The notes beneath the pieces are model-generated. The model did not search any database. It was not told where the DNA came from and worked only from the letters and a program-made list of their open reading frames with translations. DNA of 37,522 bases from Neolecta irregularis DAH-3 (Eukaryota): assembly GCA_001929475.1 (NCBI GenBank), contig LXFE01000586.1:1-37522 (forward strand), written 5' to 3'. Shown here in pieces: positions 1 through 13,518 of this stretch. The position numbers were made by a program, and so were the translations under genes. Each line of letters opens with the position of its first letter. Within the stretch, counting starts at the first letter, position 1.

Positions 1-264
1 CGCTCTGGGTGTCACGGACGAGATTGACTTCTCCTTTGAGCTGCCGTGCTCCTCTTGCGGGTATCGCGTTCGATCGCTGGTCAATGGGATGGCCACTCCC
101 ATTGATAAGGGAGCGGCTAACATCCCTATTGAGCTGTCTAGCTCTACTTGCGGATGGAAAGGTCGATCTCGCTTTGAGGATGTCCTTGGTTCGTTTGCCG
201 GTGGCGGTGGTTATCCGTCTGTGGTGGCTGTGGGGGTTCCGGGGATCCCCACACTAATCAATTG

Positions 265-766
265 ACACCTGGAAAACCGCGACACTACCACCACTCGCAG
301 TTGGCCACCTGTAAAACAGCCCATTATACATTTCACCACTACCTCACTGAGCATCTACAAAATGTAAGAGCTTTGCATAAATTTGAGTTCTCATTAAGAT
401 AATATTTCTTAAGCACAGTATTTCTTATTCCATACAGCTCATGGTACTTATTTTCCCCTAGAACCTAGAACCTTCTTATCACCCACTTGTTGCTTTGGCC
501 AATTGAGCAAGTTGCAGTATTGGGTTATCCATATCTCACTAAGAATCTTCTCATTTTTTGATTGGTTCTCAAGATAGTACTGGAATGCTTGGATAGAAGA
601 TTGGGTAAATATCTCCACTGGGTAGGGTGGCAGCAAAGAATCATGAATCTCAGCAACAGACATGATGGGTGGATTTGATAAAACTTTTGGGGTGGGCGTG
701 ATGTGGCTGATGGATTTTTAGTGGTGAAGCTGGTAGATTTTCCAAGTATCGCGGTTTTCCAGGTGT
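265..766. mobile_element. Non-autonomous DNA transposon / MITE-like element with 22-bp terminal inverted repeats
   Basis: ACACCTGGAAAACCGCGACACT (265-286) vs reverse complement of 745-766, ACACCTGGAAAACCGCGATACT (21/22 identical). Subterminal TIR-like copy CACCTGTAAAACAGC at 306-320. AT-rich interior with no intact transposase. Confidence 0.75.
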
Positions 767-1319
767 ATCAGAACAATTGTTTTCTGTCTTAACGAATATT
801 ACTTGTATCTCTCTATCCACAAGTCTTCATGAAGACAATAATGTATACAAAGTACCAGTGTACACAAGTTACTTATCTTCAAGGAAAAAATCACTATAAT
901 TATTCAACATATAGATCCCCATTTCTCTAAAATACCAAAGAAAAAGAGGATACACGTGAAGAAACTTTTCACTCCCTAAAAGAATATGTACACCTCCCAC
1001 TCCGGTATAATTAATCGGGATCCTATGTCTCCTCATGTGATCAATGGTGTACTTGATATTTTCTATTTTGAGGGGAAAAGATGACTTAACTATAGGTAGG
1101 AGTGAAGATAAAGGCAGTTCGGGAAAAACGACCGCTCGGGTCCAGTTCTCGTTAGAACATCCAGAGACTAGTTCTATATTAATGGTATACTATATAGTAA
1201 CTACTTCTTGGTCTATATATTTTTCATGTACTAGTTTGGAAGAATAGAACCCCCTTCAGAATTACCTGCTCGAGTGACAGGTGAAGTCTTCCAACTCCAG
1301 CTATTCACAACTACCAATT

Positions 1320-4300
1320 ATGCTATCCGCCAAACAAAAAGAGAGACAAGTTCTGCCTACCAATGTTCGACCAAGTACTTCGGAGCCCAATTGAAGAATC
1401 CTGACTTTCTTAGGAAATTACAAATTAACTCTGAACCCCGATTTCAAAGCATTCGATTATGACGGAACTGTTGTCGTTACTCTTGATGTCAATGAGACTA
1501 CCAACACTATCAAATGCAACTCTACGGAAATTCAGATTCACAAAGTCAAGATTGAGCAGAATGGTCATACGTACGGCTTAACTCAATTGGTTCGATTCTG
1601 ATAGTATAGCCAAACTTCCAGCTCGATTACTTTTCTCGATGATGATCAGTCAGCCACATTCACCTTTGATGAAGCCCTCAAACCTGGCTGCGAAGCAAAA
1701 TTAACTATCAAATTCACGGGACAAGTATTCACATTGTTCATATGCATACGCGTTTTAACAATCCTTAGTTAAACGATAAGATGGCCGGTTTCTATCGATC
1801 AAGCTACATCGATAACGTCACTGGGGAGAAGAAATATCTCGCTACAACTCAAATGGAACCGACAGATTGTCGACGGGCATTGCCTTGTTTTGACGAACCT
1901 GCTCTGAAAGCGACCTTTGATGTATCTCTTATTTGTGATAAGAACCTTGTAGCACTTAGTAACATGGATGTCATTGAAGAAAAGGATTCTGAAATCGAAG
2001 GGAAGAAGATCACTACTTTCCGGACTACTCCGTTGATGAGTACATATGTATTGGCTTCAGTTAATAATGACTGACGACTTAGCTTCTGGCATTTATTGTT
2101 GGTGATCTCAAATATGTGGAAACCTTTACTTCTGGAGAGCATGGAAAACCAATTCCCGTTCGGGTTTATGCTACTGCAGGCTATGAAAAGCAATCTCGGT
2201 TTGCTCTTGATCTCGCTGCCAAGACTCTTGATTTCTTTTCTGAAATCTTCGGAATTGTATATCCTCTACCAAAATTGGATAACGTCGCAATTCCAGACTT
2301 CTCGTAACTCTCTAGAGATTGCTCGTGTGACTGTTTAGCGCTGGAGCCATGGAGAACTGGGGTTTAGTTACCTATCGAGTCGTTGATCTTCTTTATGATG
2401 AGGATAAAGCTTCTGCTGCCACTAAGCAGCGAGTGGCAGAGGTTGTTCAACATGAACTCGCCCATCAATGGTTCGGAAACCTTGTAACTATGGAGTTTTG
2501 GGACGGCCTTTGGCTGAACGAAGGATTTGCGACCTGGATGAGTTGGTTCAGTTGCAATAAGTTTTTTCCAGAGTGGCGGGTATGGGAGAGTTATGTGACA
2601 GATAACCTACAGCAAGCTTTGAGACTTGATGGTATGTGTTGTTGTGTATCAGGTTTTTACTTTACAGCACTGAGAAGTTCTCATCCCATACAGGCGGAAG
2701 TCTTTCGCGCAGACGAGATTAATCAGGCAGAGTCCTTGTGAATAAGCTCATTGCTTATTATTAGATTTTTGATGCGATCTCCTACTCCAAAGGATCATGC
2801 GCTATTCGAATGGTTTCCGTATATCTCGGCGAAGATGTCTTTCTTGCAGGTATCCGCAGATATCTCAAAAAACATGCATATGGAAATACCAAGACATCTG
2901 ATCTCTGGGATGCGCTTTCCTTGGAAAGCGGTAAGGATATCTCCAGAGTCATGAGTATCTGGACGATGAACGTTGGATTTCCAGTCATCACTGTCACTGA
3001 AGACTCAAACTCTATCAAACTTCGACAAACCCGATTCTTATCGACAGGAGATGTTAAAGAAGAAGATGACACAGTTCTATACTGGGTTCCTCTCGCAATG
3101 ATAAATAACGATACTTCAAGCCATCATATCGAGAGTTTCTCTGAGAAAGAAGTCACAATCCCTATATTAGACCTCGAATTCTACAAGTTGAATCTTGCTC
3201 ATAGCGGAATTTATCGAACCAATTATCCTCCAGAACGCCTCCAGAAGCTTGGGCAAGCTGGTAAGCGAGGCCTTTTGAATGCTGAAGATCGCGCTGGTCT
3301 CGTCGCTGATGCTGGGGCTCTATCAGCGAGTGGTCATTCGAACACTAGCTACTTTTTAAATCTCGTCTCCCAATGGACTGAGGAATCAGAATTCGTGTAC
3401 GTTGGTATCTAAACTTTTTCATGATATACTAGTGTTTGGGGAGAAATGCTCGCTCGAATTGGCGCAATTAAAGATGCGTGGGGTTTCCAATCTCCAGAGA
3501 TCGTTCGAGCACTAGAGAAACTGACAATTGCTCTGACTGGTCCGAAGGCCAAGTCTCTCGGATGGGAATTTTCAAAAGACGAAGACCATATCAGTGCACA
3601 ATTCAAAGCTCTACTGTTTGGTGTTTCTGGTATGGCAGGTGACCCGGAGATTGTCAAGGCTGCTCAGGATATGTTTGAAAAATTCGTTTCCGGCCAACAA
3701 TCTGCGATACATCCGAATATCAGAGGGTATTACTATCTCATCCTGTGGAATACTGACGTGATAGATCCGTGTATAGTATTGTTCTGAAGAATGGAGGGGA
3801 AAAGGAATGGAATGAAGTCCTTAATATCTACAAGAACCCTTCAAGCATCGATGAGAAAAACATAGCCCTCCGATCTTTGGGACAAACTCGAAAATTAGAA
3901 TTGATCAAGAAAACATTAGATCTTGCCTTGTCGGAAGATGTCCGGGAGCAAGATATCTATCTACCATTCCAAGGGTATCTTTTTGACCATCACAGTCTTT
4001 TGCACTAAACATCAAGTGTGCGATCCCATGCCAAGGGAATAAAACAACTTTGGGAGTTTGTACAGATCAAATGGGATACCATTGCTGGTCGACTTCCACC
4101 AGGCCTGTCCATGCTGTCGACAGTGGTTCAACTCTGTACTATAGGCTTCTGCAGCGATGACGCTATAAAAGACATCAAGGCATTTTTTTCCACTAAGAGT
4201 ACCAAGGGTTTCAATCAAGGGCTTCAGCAGAGTCTAGATAGTATCCAAGCGAAGGCCTCATGGGTTAAGCGAGACGGGGAGGACGTGCGAGCTTGGTTGC

Positions 4301-4326
4301 AGATGAAGGGCCACCTTGCCAACTGA
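1320..4326 (+). CDS. APE2: M1-family alanyl/puromycin-sensitive aminopeptidase (Ape2/Aap1-like), multi-exon
   Basis: ATG 1320 gives [18 protein letters not shown]. Motifs [42 protein letters not shown]...LWLNEGFA (HEXXH-X18-E) and [10 protein letters not shown] are present, followed by an ERAP1-like C-terminus. About 9 introns of 35-45 nt; stop at 4324-4326. Confidence 0.93.
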
Positions 4327-4618
4327 TCGGCTTGCTGGTCGAAACGGCGGGTATGCTACCAGAGATGAGTGGTAGAAATAGTAGAGGTAGTTTATGCAAA
4401 TGATACTTATTCCTGATTATCGGTAGCCGGTGCTAGACAAGGCTTGGTGTGGTATTTCTGGTGGAACGCCTAATTACGTATGAGCACAAGTCCAATCGAA
4501 CATTTGTCGCGTTCGGATAGGATTGCCAACTTTGACTCGGGCTTTGATAGTTGGCAATCTTATATGACATCACCATCTTATATTTGCTTGCAATTAACCT
4601 CCGACACTCAAGCAGGCC

Positions 4619-5368
4619 ATGAATGAACCCCTTGACTCGGGCATAAAAGCCCATGACATCCGTGCTTTGCGCTTCCCTTGTATGATCCAGCTGAGCGGCC
4701 TTTCATTAGAAATAATCATCCATGTTCTAGGATGTATCGACCAAGTCGCATCCCTCCTTAAACTGCGATTACTAAATCGATTCTTCAATTCGGTAGTCGT
4801 ATCAAACGAATCAGTCCTCGCCGCGGCAATAATCTCGCGTTTGCCAGATCACCATGTCTACGCGATGAAATGCATGAAGCCTCAGGATCCAATTCTCCGG
4901 TACAGATATACCAATCGTCTTGTGTCGATAACCAAATCTATTGAAACAATCATGTCGCATTCATTCATTGCAAAGTCTATGTATCCGGGCCTAGCAGAGA
5001 AACTTTACGCTGTTGGAGAGGAGCTTCTTCTGTTCTCAAAGTGCGAGGCACTTCCCCGCCGTATCAATGCCAGTCAAGATATAGACGATCCAGATGGCGA
5101 AATGTTTCGTCTGATATCCCACGCAATGAAGATTACGTTCACCACATTTAAAGATTATACTTGGACGTCTATGGACATAGCCACTATTTTCCTTGAGGGG
5201 CCGGAGCTTTGGGCTCGGATACTTGGCGGAGAAATTAATGAAGATGAGTTGAGGCAGGAACTAGGAAAGAGTAGGGGCAGTATTAGAGGAATCCGGGCGA
5301 TACGGTCCATATGGCCGTATCTTGGCTTCCAAACGGTGTTTGAAATAGTGGGAGTTGCAGCGGCCTAG
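4619..5368 (+). CDS. Intronless protein with an N-terminal F-box-like motif
   Basis: 249-aa ORF. LSGLSLEIIIHVLGCIDQVASLLKLRLLNRFFNSVV fits the F-box pattern (L..LP.EI...I...L....L..L..V.R.F). The start could instead be the ATG at 4682. Confidence 0.6.
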   Translation: MNEPLDSGIKAHDIRALRFPCMIQLSGLSLEIIIHVLGCIDQVASLLKLRLLNRFFNSVVVSNESVLAAAIISRLPDHHVYAMKCMKPQDPILRYRYTNRLVSITKSIETIMSHSFIAKSMYPGLAEKLYAVGEELLLFSKCEALPRRINASQDIDDPDGEMFRLISHAMKITFTTFKDYTWTSMDIATIFLEGPELWARILGGEINEDELRQELGKSRGSIRGIRAIRSIWPYLGFQTVFEIVGVAAA

Positions 5369-6184
5369 GTGTCAATGTATGGTTCATAATCTTCAAAAAA
5401 CTAAGTACTGAATTAGAATCCACATTGTGTAATTACAACGAGATCGGCTATCGAGGACATTCTCGTTGAATTAATGTCGGCTCTTATCGAGGGTGTTCTT
5501 GAATTCTGACTAATGGCTTCCACTCTGAAACTTTTGCCCGTGGTTTCATTCCAAGGCGTTATCATTTCTTTGGGAGAGGAGCCTTATATCATAATGAGGT
5601 CATCTGTTTGTAGCTTTAGAGAAAACATGGCCGATCGGACGTTTCGAGTGTCAAGTTGACCCCGAATATTTAACTGAGAGCTAAAAAAAAGAACCCAAGG
5701 TTACACCGCTCCCCATTTGCACCTAAGAACAACTTAGAATTTGTACGAGCAGGGGATGTGACGAATGGAACCACGCATCATAAAGCAGTAAGAAAAAAAT
5801 ACACCAGTGTGCATCTTTGAACAAAATCAGCATGGATCAGAGAGTTTCCATTTTAGATCGTTGTTTCTGGAATGACGCTGATAATGCCACGAGCGAGGAT
5901 AGTTGTAATCTCTGCAGCGTCATCGTTTATTAGGAAATCTCTGCTAATTTCACACCCGACTTGCAGATTCGGCTCGAGGCCTTGGAATTCACACCCAAAA
6001 TGGATATCCGGCAGGCGAGAATGAGGCTGAATCGAATTAAGTGTCGGGGTCCCGCAAGATAAGGAAGGAATGACTATTGCACCAATAAACCGACTTTTGC
6101 AATCGAGATGTATTGAGATTGAATCATAATGATTTTATTTACTCACTATCGTTCAGATTTACGATTCAAAGGCGCCTTGTCGGT

Positions 6185-7357
6185 CTAAATTTTACACTCC
6201 GTCATATCGAAGCACTTCGAGGCTTTTCTTTCAATGACCCCATTTTCAGTAACGATCGCGTCGATATATTCAGCAGGCGTAACATCGAATGAAGGATTCC
6301 ATGTTGCAATGCCTGGTGTAGCAATGTGAACAGTCTTAATTTCATTTGTATCAACTTTACCATCTTTTAATACCGGCCCGCGAAAGGTAACAACTTCTTC
6401 TCCTTTCCGTTCTTCTATCTCGATATCTTTTCCAGTGTCAGTCGTAAGATCAACCGTGGTAAGGGGAGCAGCAACGATGAATTTAATTCCATGATGTTTT
6501 GCAAGAATAGAAAGCTGATAAGTTCCAATTTTATTTGCGGTATCTCCGTTCTTGACAATTCGGTCTGCTCCTACGATAACGGCAGTAATATCATGTTGGC
6601 ATAACAATGAAGCAACCATAGAATCTGTAATAAGTGTACTCGGTATTCCTTCGTGTACCAGTTCATATGCGGTCAATCGTGAACCCTGGTTGTAGGGTCT
6701 AGTCTCGGTACAATATGCCCTAGACAATCGTCCGAGTTTGTGAAGTGAGCGAATAACCCCGAGAGCAGTACCATATCCAGCCGTAGCCAGCGACCTGTCC
6801 TTCAGCCGAGCTCTATTGCGAATCTTACCCTGTGTTACAATGAGTCAGTACTGCGATTTTCTTATCAGATGGTAGATCTTTTAGTAACCACTCTGCACCT
6901 CGGTCTCCAATGGCCGTATTGTCCCGAACATCATCCAATAGCATCTTTTCGGCAGCGCCTAAATATGCCTTTCGTTTCCCTTCAGATGTTTGGCAAACAA
7001 GATTCGTTAGTCGGCGTGCAGCTTCCGAGAGATTAACTGCCGTCGGCCTCGCCCGGACCAAATAATTTAATTTCTTTATAATAAACCTTTCAGTTTCCTC
7101 CTCTGATAGAGGTTCTAGAGTTGAGAGCTCGACAGCCAATGATAGAGCTGCTACAATTGCGATTGCAGGCGCGCCACGGACAGTCATGGACCGGATCGCA
7201 TGGAAGCCATCTTGAGCATTTAGGATCTATAGAATTAAGATTTCAGAGACACTTGGAGACATAAATCCACGTATACCGACTCATGCGGGAGTATGAGCTG
7301 ATCCAGGATACGGAGATGACCTGGGGTGTATTTTATTGCCTGCAATGAAGCGCACAT
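6185..7357 (-). CDS. MRI1: Methylthioribose-1-phosphate isomerase (methionine salvage), 3 exons
   Basis: [101 protein letters not shown]. Confidence 0.95.
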
Positions 7358-7769
7358 GGTTACTTGATACAACAAAATTCTGGCAACGCACGCGACGAAT
7401 GTAGCCCAATATTCTCAAAATTTAAGAATGCGCCCAGAGCTATCATACCTACTCGTGCACCTTGTGGAATAAAGCAAGAGGAAATGGAACCAAAGAAGGG
7501 CTCAGTCTATATATCATATATACAAGAATAACCTATTCACGTCGCCAGTGTTGTGGATGGGCCAAAGCCAACGGGCTCTACACGTGGCCAGATCGCGATT
7601 GGACCAAAGAATCAAGCTCTATAGCCTGCCGTCGTACTTGGGGGCTTCCACTTGCACAAAATATTAGAGTGTTCAAGCTCGAATATTGTATACTGAAGTT
7701 ATAATCAATTATAATTACAAAAGGACCTTACACCAAGTGTCCCTTCCATAGCCATAAACATGTTCGTTC

Positions 7770-9886
7770 CTAACTTTCAGTCAGTCTTTGAAATTTCTCT
7801 TCTTCGGCATCATCCTCTCCAATTTCAAAAGAACTACGAATATCCTTTACATCGTCCAAATCAGCACGTTGTGGTATCAAGCTTGGTGAAAGGATCTGGC
7901 CCATCTTTCTCATCAATCCTGCTCCGCTACCCTTGATGTTTGCTAGGTGCGATGTAGGAGGCGCTTCCGACAATACAACAGTCGGAGAAGCTATCGGCGA
8001 ATCCGTTCTTGTCCATGAACGAGAAAAGAAACCCCTGGACGATGACAAAGATGTGCATATGTCCTCGGAAGAACTGTTCGGAGTTCCTGATTTCTGTCGG
8101 AATCGAGAGAACAAATTCGTTGCAGACTCTCGCAGATTGTCGGACTTGGGGCTCATAGCAGCTTCCGAGGAGTTAGCAGACCAAGTACCGTTTGATGCTT
8201 TTATATTGATATTTTTTAAGAAGGCTGCTTTGGAACGGATCGTATTGAGAGAGGTGCGGAAACCATGCTCTTCGTTGCTCTGGTATGGTTTAAATGAAGA
8301 GCGTATGATATCTAGCAACGCTTTGGACCCAGACAATCGGTAATCTCGAAGAATATAAGATTTCGCAAGAATGGGGCCAATATCGGATAATGGGTAGCAT
8401 TGAAGCATTTTCACGATTTCGGCGAAATTGAGTTGCAGAAGGTCATCTCGAATACATCTATACTCCATCAGAATTCAACTTGCAGAAAGAAGCAAAACAG
8501 CAGCATTGCACAGCAATAATCGTGGAGAAAATGAAATCCCCCGCTTTGGACTTTCATTGAATCAACATTAGTCATGGTTTGCCGAAATATATCGTAATCC
8601 GCAAATACTGAATCCCATATTCTTATCACACTAGGTAAAGAAAATTCCTGGCAGATCATGCATGTAAACCAGCGCAATGCAAAGTATGTTGGATGCACTT
8701 GATTTGAATCCTTTCATGTAAGCGTCTTCAAGATCAAAAATATACTAAGTGATCGGACAATTCTGGATCAACTGTCTTCATATGTTCCATAAATCTCCCC
8801 ACAATCGCGCCAATTCCTTGATCCTCGTCGAAATCGGAAGTTCTGATAAAAACTTCTCTGATTTCGGACATCACACTGCTGAAACACCAAAAAGTATCTG
8901 GTTCGGCACCAACTTCCCCACTTTGAGCAAGAACCTTTCGTCAAATTAATTTTGGACGGCTCCTCACATAGTACAACGGACCAATAATTTCGTTCATGCC
9001 TTGACAATATCCAATTCCGGGATTTAGTTTTGCATAGAGAAACAAGATGCGCTCGACCACTTCCCAATGATAATCATCAATTTGAGGGTCGTCTACATCA
9101 GTTTTGCTTATTATTGATTTGGAAGAGGAATTTTGACGATAATCAGATCCAAAATTTCGATTAAGATGTTGTATTCTACGAAAGAGCGATCGTCTAGTAT
9201 TAATAGGTCTGACATCCAAAGGAGGAGAAGAAATCCTCGAGGATAGCGGCGAAGTGCTATGCCGTTCCCCTGAACTCGGGGCTTGTGAATCTGATACGGC
9301 AGAAGTATGGTTGTTTTTCATTTCAGGCTGACCGATTGAAAGTTGATCCATTGACAATCGGCCAAAGACATCATCCATGCTAGACCTGGATTCTTCCTCT
9401 AGCACATTGTATGTCGCAGTTAATACAGGTGATAGCGGACTTAGAGGATCTCGACGGACCAGCTGTTGGAAAAAGGCAATGTCGGGCAATGTTCTCTTTA
9501 TATCTTTATCAATTTGTTCCAGAGTGTTATTATCTTCAAAAAATATCCCCCATTTCGAGCTAGCAGAGGAATTAAGCGGGTGATCTTGTGGATCGCCGTC
9601 TGGATCTTGGAGAAGATCTCGTAGATAATCATAATACGCATCGCGCTTTGAAGTGAGCGTCGCATTCCATTGATCTTTCTCTAGAGGTATATATCCAAGT
9701 AACAACTTCCAAGTTAGAGGACGAAGATTATCATCTGGGATTCCTACAAAGCATCAGCCAGTATTTCTGGGCAAGGATCACCAGACCTCGTAGACTCAAT
9801 TCTCGAAGCTGCGATAAATCAACGATCACTGCCCCTGACGATCCCAGAAGCCGCCTCAGCTTCGATAATCGCTCTTTATAGTCCAT
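7770..9886 (-). CDS. TBC-domain Rab GTPase-activating protein (TBC1D13-like), 5 exons
   Basis: ATG 9886 gives MDYKERL...LRGIPDDNLRPLTWKLLLGY. IDKDIKRT (R finger), YCQGMNEI (Q finger), YFALRWFTCMICQEFSLPSVIRIWDSVF. Ser-rich C-terminal tail. Confidence 0.9.
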
Positions 9887-10163
9887 TCAAGGCGTCCTAG
9901 CTGAGGCGGAACTTCCCCCTGGTTATTGGAGGAGTACGAGTAGGATCAAGCGAAAATGGGGATCGAAGATTATAGTCGCCTCAAGGGTGAAGTCGAACAA
10001 ACTACCACGGGACCTATTCGCCTATCAAGTTCTTGCGATAACACGAGTCAGCATCAACTGTCCAAACTCCGAGACTTCATTTCAAGATCCTAGATAATTC
10101 TGAATGGCAGTGGCACAGTGACGGTGCTTTTGTAATAATTATATCTGCTTTTTCGACTGCACT

Positions 10164-11204
10164 ATGAGTATCGACAATCTCAGATTAATTGTGTGGGATG
10201 GCATTATACCAGTACGGATAATTCTTGACCCAGAGGAGAGTCGAGTATATGATCAGGCCAACGCTTATTACGTATTTCGTCGAATTTGAGTTTGGACGGG
10301 AATGCTAAGGATTTAGTTAGCCGTACCCCGCGTCAGTTATCTCTCTCTATATAACAAATCAATCATCAATTTCTTCTGGGAATATCTTCTTGAACCAGAA
10401 GCAGCAACAGATATAAACCTATGGTTTGAATTTGAAAATGCACCTCTCAAATGGTAATGTTATACGATCAAAGGTGTTAAATTCTAGGCATTGGCCAATC
10501 GGCCTTTTGTATGATCTTCATAGTGGATTCAACCCGGAAAGGCCAGGATCTGAGCCAAAGATCCCATTCACTTTGATACTGCATTTCAAAGATTATCCTA
10601 CAGCTCATTTGCCGCTTCGACATACATCATTTGCTATCTACGATGCATTTATGAATTTAGTAAAAGAGGTTTGCGTCTAATTAATCAAACTTTTCCTCAT
10701 GCGCTAAGGCAGACTTTATGAGAAACGGAAATGCGAAAGGTGTCCTGTCATTATCGAAAGAGATGTCAAATCAGCTTTGGGAAGGATTATCCAAGCGTAT
10801 GTAACTTTGGAGATATCTTATCTAAGCAATGACAGATGAATACGATCAATATTATTCTGTTGCTTCTCGTATTTTCACATATGACGCCGAAACGAGGGTA
10901 TTACCGGTAAGGATATATTTGCCCTCTGGAGCACCAGTGGTTCAGAAGATTATCAATAGCGGGAAGGGTATTTCACTGCTAGTACACTGTCTGTTGACAT
11001 GCAGAAGAAACAATTGGGACGATGTTGCATGTTACTCTTCCAGCTCTATTCCCATCGAGGAAAAGTTTATTCTTTGCCAAGCCTATGATCCATGGCATAA
11101 TTTTGGATTTAGACATGCCTCTATTAGAAGTAGGAAGCCAATTGGCATACCCAGATGGTTGGATGCATATTGTGATACTTATGAAAGAGAAAAATAAGGG
11201 TTGA
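10164..11204 (+). CDS. ATG5: Autophagy protein 5, multi-exon
   Basis: Spliced translation: MSIDNLRLIVWDGIIPVRI...PRVSYL...[22 protein letters not shown]...FMNLVKEADFMRNG (contains the Atg12-conjugation Lys)...LAYPDGWMHIV. Confidence 0.95.
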
Positions 11205-11961
11205 TCTGAGAATATCTCAACGAAACTCGACATATTCTGAAGAGCATTGGGTTCCCTAAGTTTGGTAGCCGACTACAACAATGATTCTTGACCTTTATTT
11301 ATTCAGTAAACTACTTGAACTCATTCTTGGCCATGATGGGATTAACAGTATATCAGTACACAAAATTCCTATCGTTATTCTTCAGTATCAATGTATGCAT
11401 CCCTCAGCTAGTTGCATGCCCGTGAATAACAACTAATGCAAATTCTTCTTCGGGAACCATCATGATTTCATGCTTCTTCGTCCGTAACCTTACCAACCTT
11501 AACCCATCCTGCATTACGGTCAGCCGAACTCTGATTTGTCTCATGCCCCTTCATCTATTCCCTTGGTTACATCTTGTGCAGAATCTAAAAACGCCCTAAA
11601 CATCGATGCATAAGTCTTAGATAGATCGTCGTCAAGGGTGGATCGTATGATTGCTCCTGAGGGATTCTCGATAACTAGAACACCATGGACCTGATGTTTC
11701 TGGGATATACGGGTTATCAAATCCTCAGGGGAAATCGGAGAGCCATTTGTTAAGGACTTTGTGGGTTAAGTTTGGCTACAGAGGTATATTGGTACCATTT
11801 TTTAGTTGGAAGAGGTTCGGTTGCTGATCTCATATGATCGGCCTGGTTACAAATCAATTTCATTCTAAAGCAACATATTTACAGATTTGAATGCCATTAT
11901 TTGTGTTACAAGCTGTAGGAACATAAATGGATGAGGGAACTCAAACGTCATTATGATACTT

Positions 11962-13518
11962 CTAATATTCCTCATCACTGTCGATCGTAATAGTCACAGC
12001 AGCCGGTCTTTCTGTTCTAGCCCTTTTCCGTCTTCGTGGATTAATCACTTGAACAGTTGCATGAACGTCTTCGCTGTTGCTATCATCTTCTCGTAAATCT
12101 CTTGAAGAAAAGTAATTAGGACCCCGACCTCTTAGTGGACCGGAATCGGAGTTAATTTCGCTGGCTTCGCTGTCTGCGACTTCTAAGTCATTGCATGAAA
12201 GACCCCGACTTTCACTTTGCTCTTCATCTCCATCCTCTTCATCGGTAGTATTTATGACTGGCCGTCGACGTATTGTACGGGGAACGATATGCGGAGTGGT
12301 ATGAGTCGAGGAAACCAGACTAGGTTGGCCTTGCTGAGGAGGGTCATCACAATCCAATTCGTCTTCTTGATCCGAGGAAATAAAAATATGCGAAGGTTCT
12401 TGGTTTTGCCCGTCTTCGTCCGAGTAAGCATGCCCAAATTGCTCACGGCGAAGTTCTTCCATCATCGAGTCGTCATACGGCCCCCCATAACCTTCAGTCT
12501 CACTCAAGCCCTCCCGTATCTCATCAAACGTATGATCGCCACCCTCCACCTCGCTGGTATTTCGATGATCAATGAAAGCTAGAAGTTCTGGGTCCATCTC
12601 ATCGGCATGGATATCGCTGCTGTAATCCGTTCCGTCCTCGTCAATCGCATCGATGTGAAACCAATGACGAGTGTGATGGTCATACTCGTCATGTTCAATA
12701 AACCCTGCAAGAGACCCTTCGCTCTCGTCTTCATCTTCGGCCTGCTCGCTGTCGCCGTTGGAAAACGACTCCTCATCGAAAGCATCGGAGAATACTAGCC
12801 CGCAGTGTCCACACTCACGACCTTCAGTCTTGACACTTAGTCCTCTAAGATAGGGAGATAAAGATCACCTCGTAATGACACCTTGAACAGCGCCAAACAT
12901 TGTCTTCGTCATCTCTAATACGATGACTGGGAATTTCAGCGAAGATTCCTGGAAATAAATCTTGTTTGTCTTTCGTGACATCATCATCCTGTTTTTTCTG
13001 ATGTTTACGCAGAGTTGCCCCCTCACCATGGGGATCCGCAAGTTCGGCACGAGCAATCAGAATTTCTACCATTTCTTTGATCTGTGCTGGTCAATTGGGC
13101 TCCTGTATCATATGATTTACCATGTATGTATAGATGGGTTTACTGGAAACTTTTACGCGACATGTTGGGCAGGTTTTCTTGTTCCAGAGCCATCCGTTGA
13201 TGCACTACTTCACATAAGATTGCTCTGGATAAAATAGTGTGTGGGCTCACAGTATAGCAAAACACATGGCCGCACTGAATAGTGAAAGGTTGAGAAATAA
13301 GTTCAGTACAAACAAGGCAGGTCAAAATTTTCTGAAGCCTTTCGAGGTCTGCGATTTGTGTATTTATAATCTGTAATGTCAATTTGACTTGCAACATTTT
13401 CGTATTCGTCTACCTCATCTTTGTATCGGACTTCTTTTCTGAAATTCCCTATTTCTTTTAAATCGGGTGTGGAGCTTGGCTGCTGTTGGCTAGCTTGATT
13501 TTCGCGTCGGCTTGACAT
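11962..13518 (-). CDS. C3HC4 RING E3 ubiquitin ligase, Psh1-like (RING + C4 motif + acidic tail)
   Basis: RING CLVC...CGHVFCYT|CINGW...TCPTCR. Second Cys cluster DDEDNVWRCSRCHYE|TEGRECGHCG. Long D/E-rich tail ending in a SIM-like VTITIDSDEEY. Confidence 0.8.

Noticed and set aside
1-257. GC-rich ORF with a weak internal repeat (RLTSPLSC / RLTSLLSC)
   Set aside because: Truncated by the window edge; no recognisable family on either strand.
7933-8343. 136-aa + strand ORF, and similar antisense ORFs elsewhere in the track
   Set aside because: Shadow frames antisense to well-supported genes.
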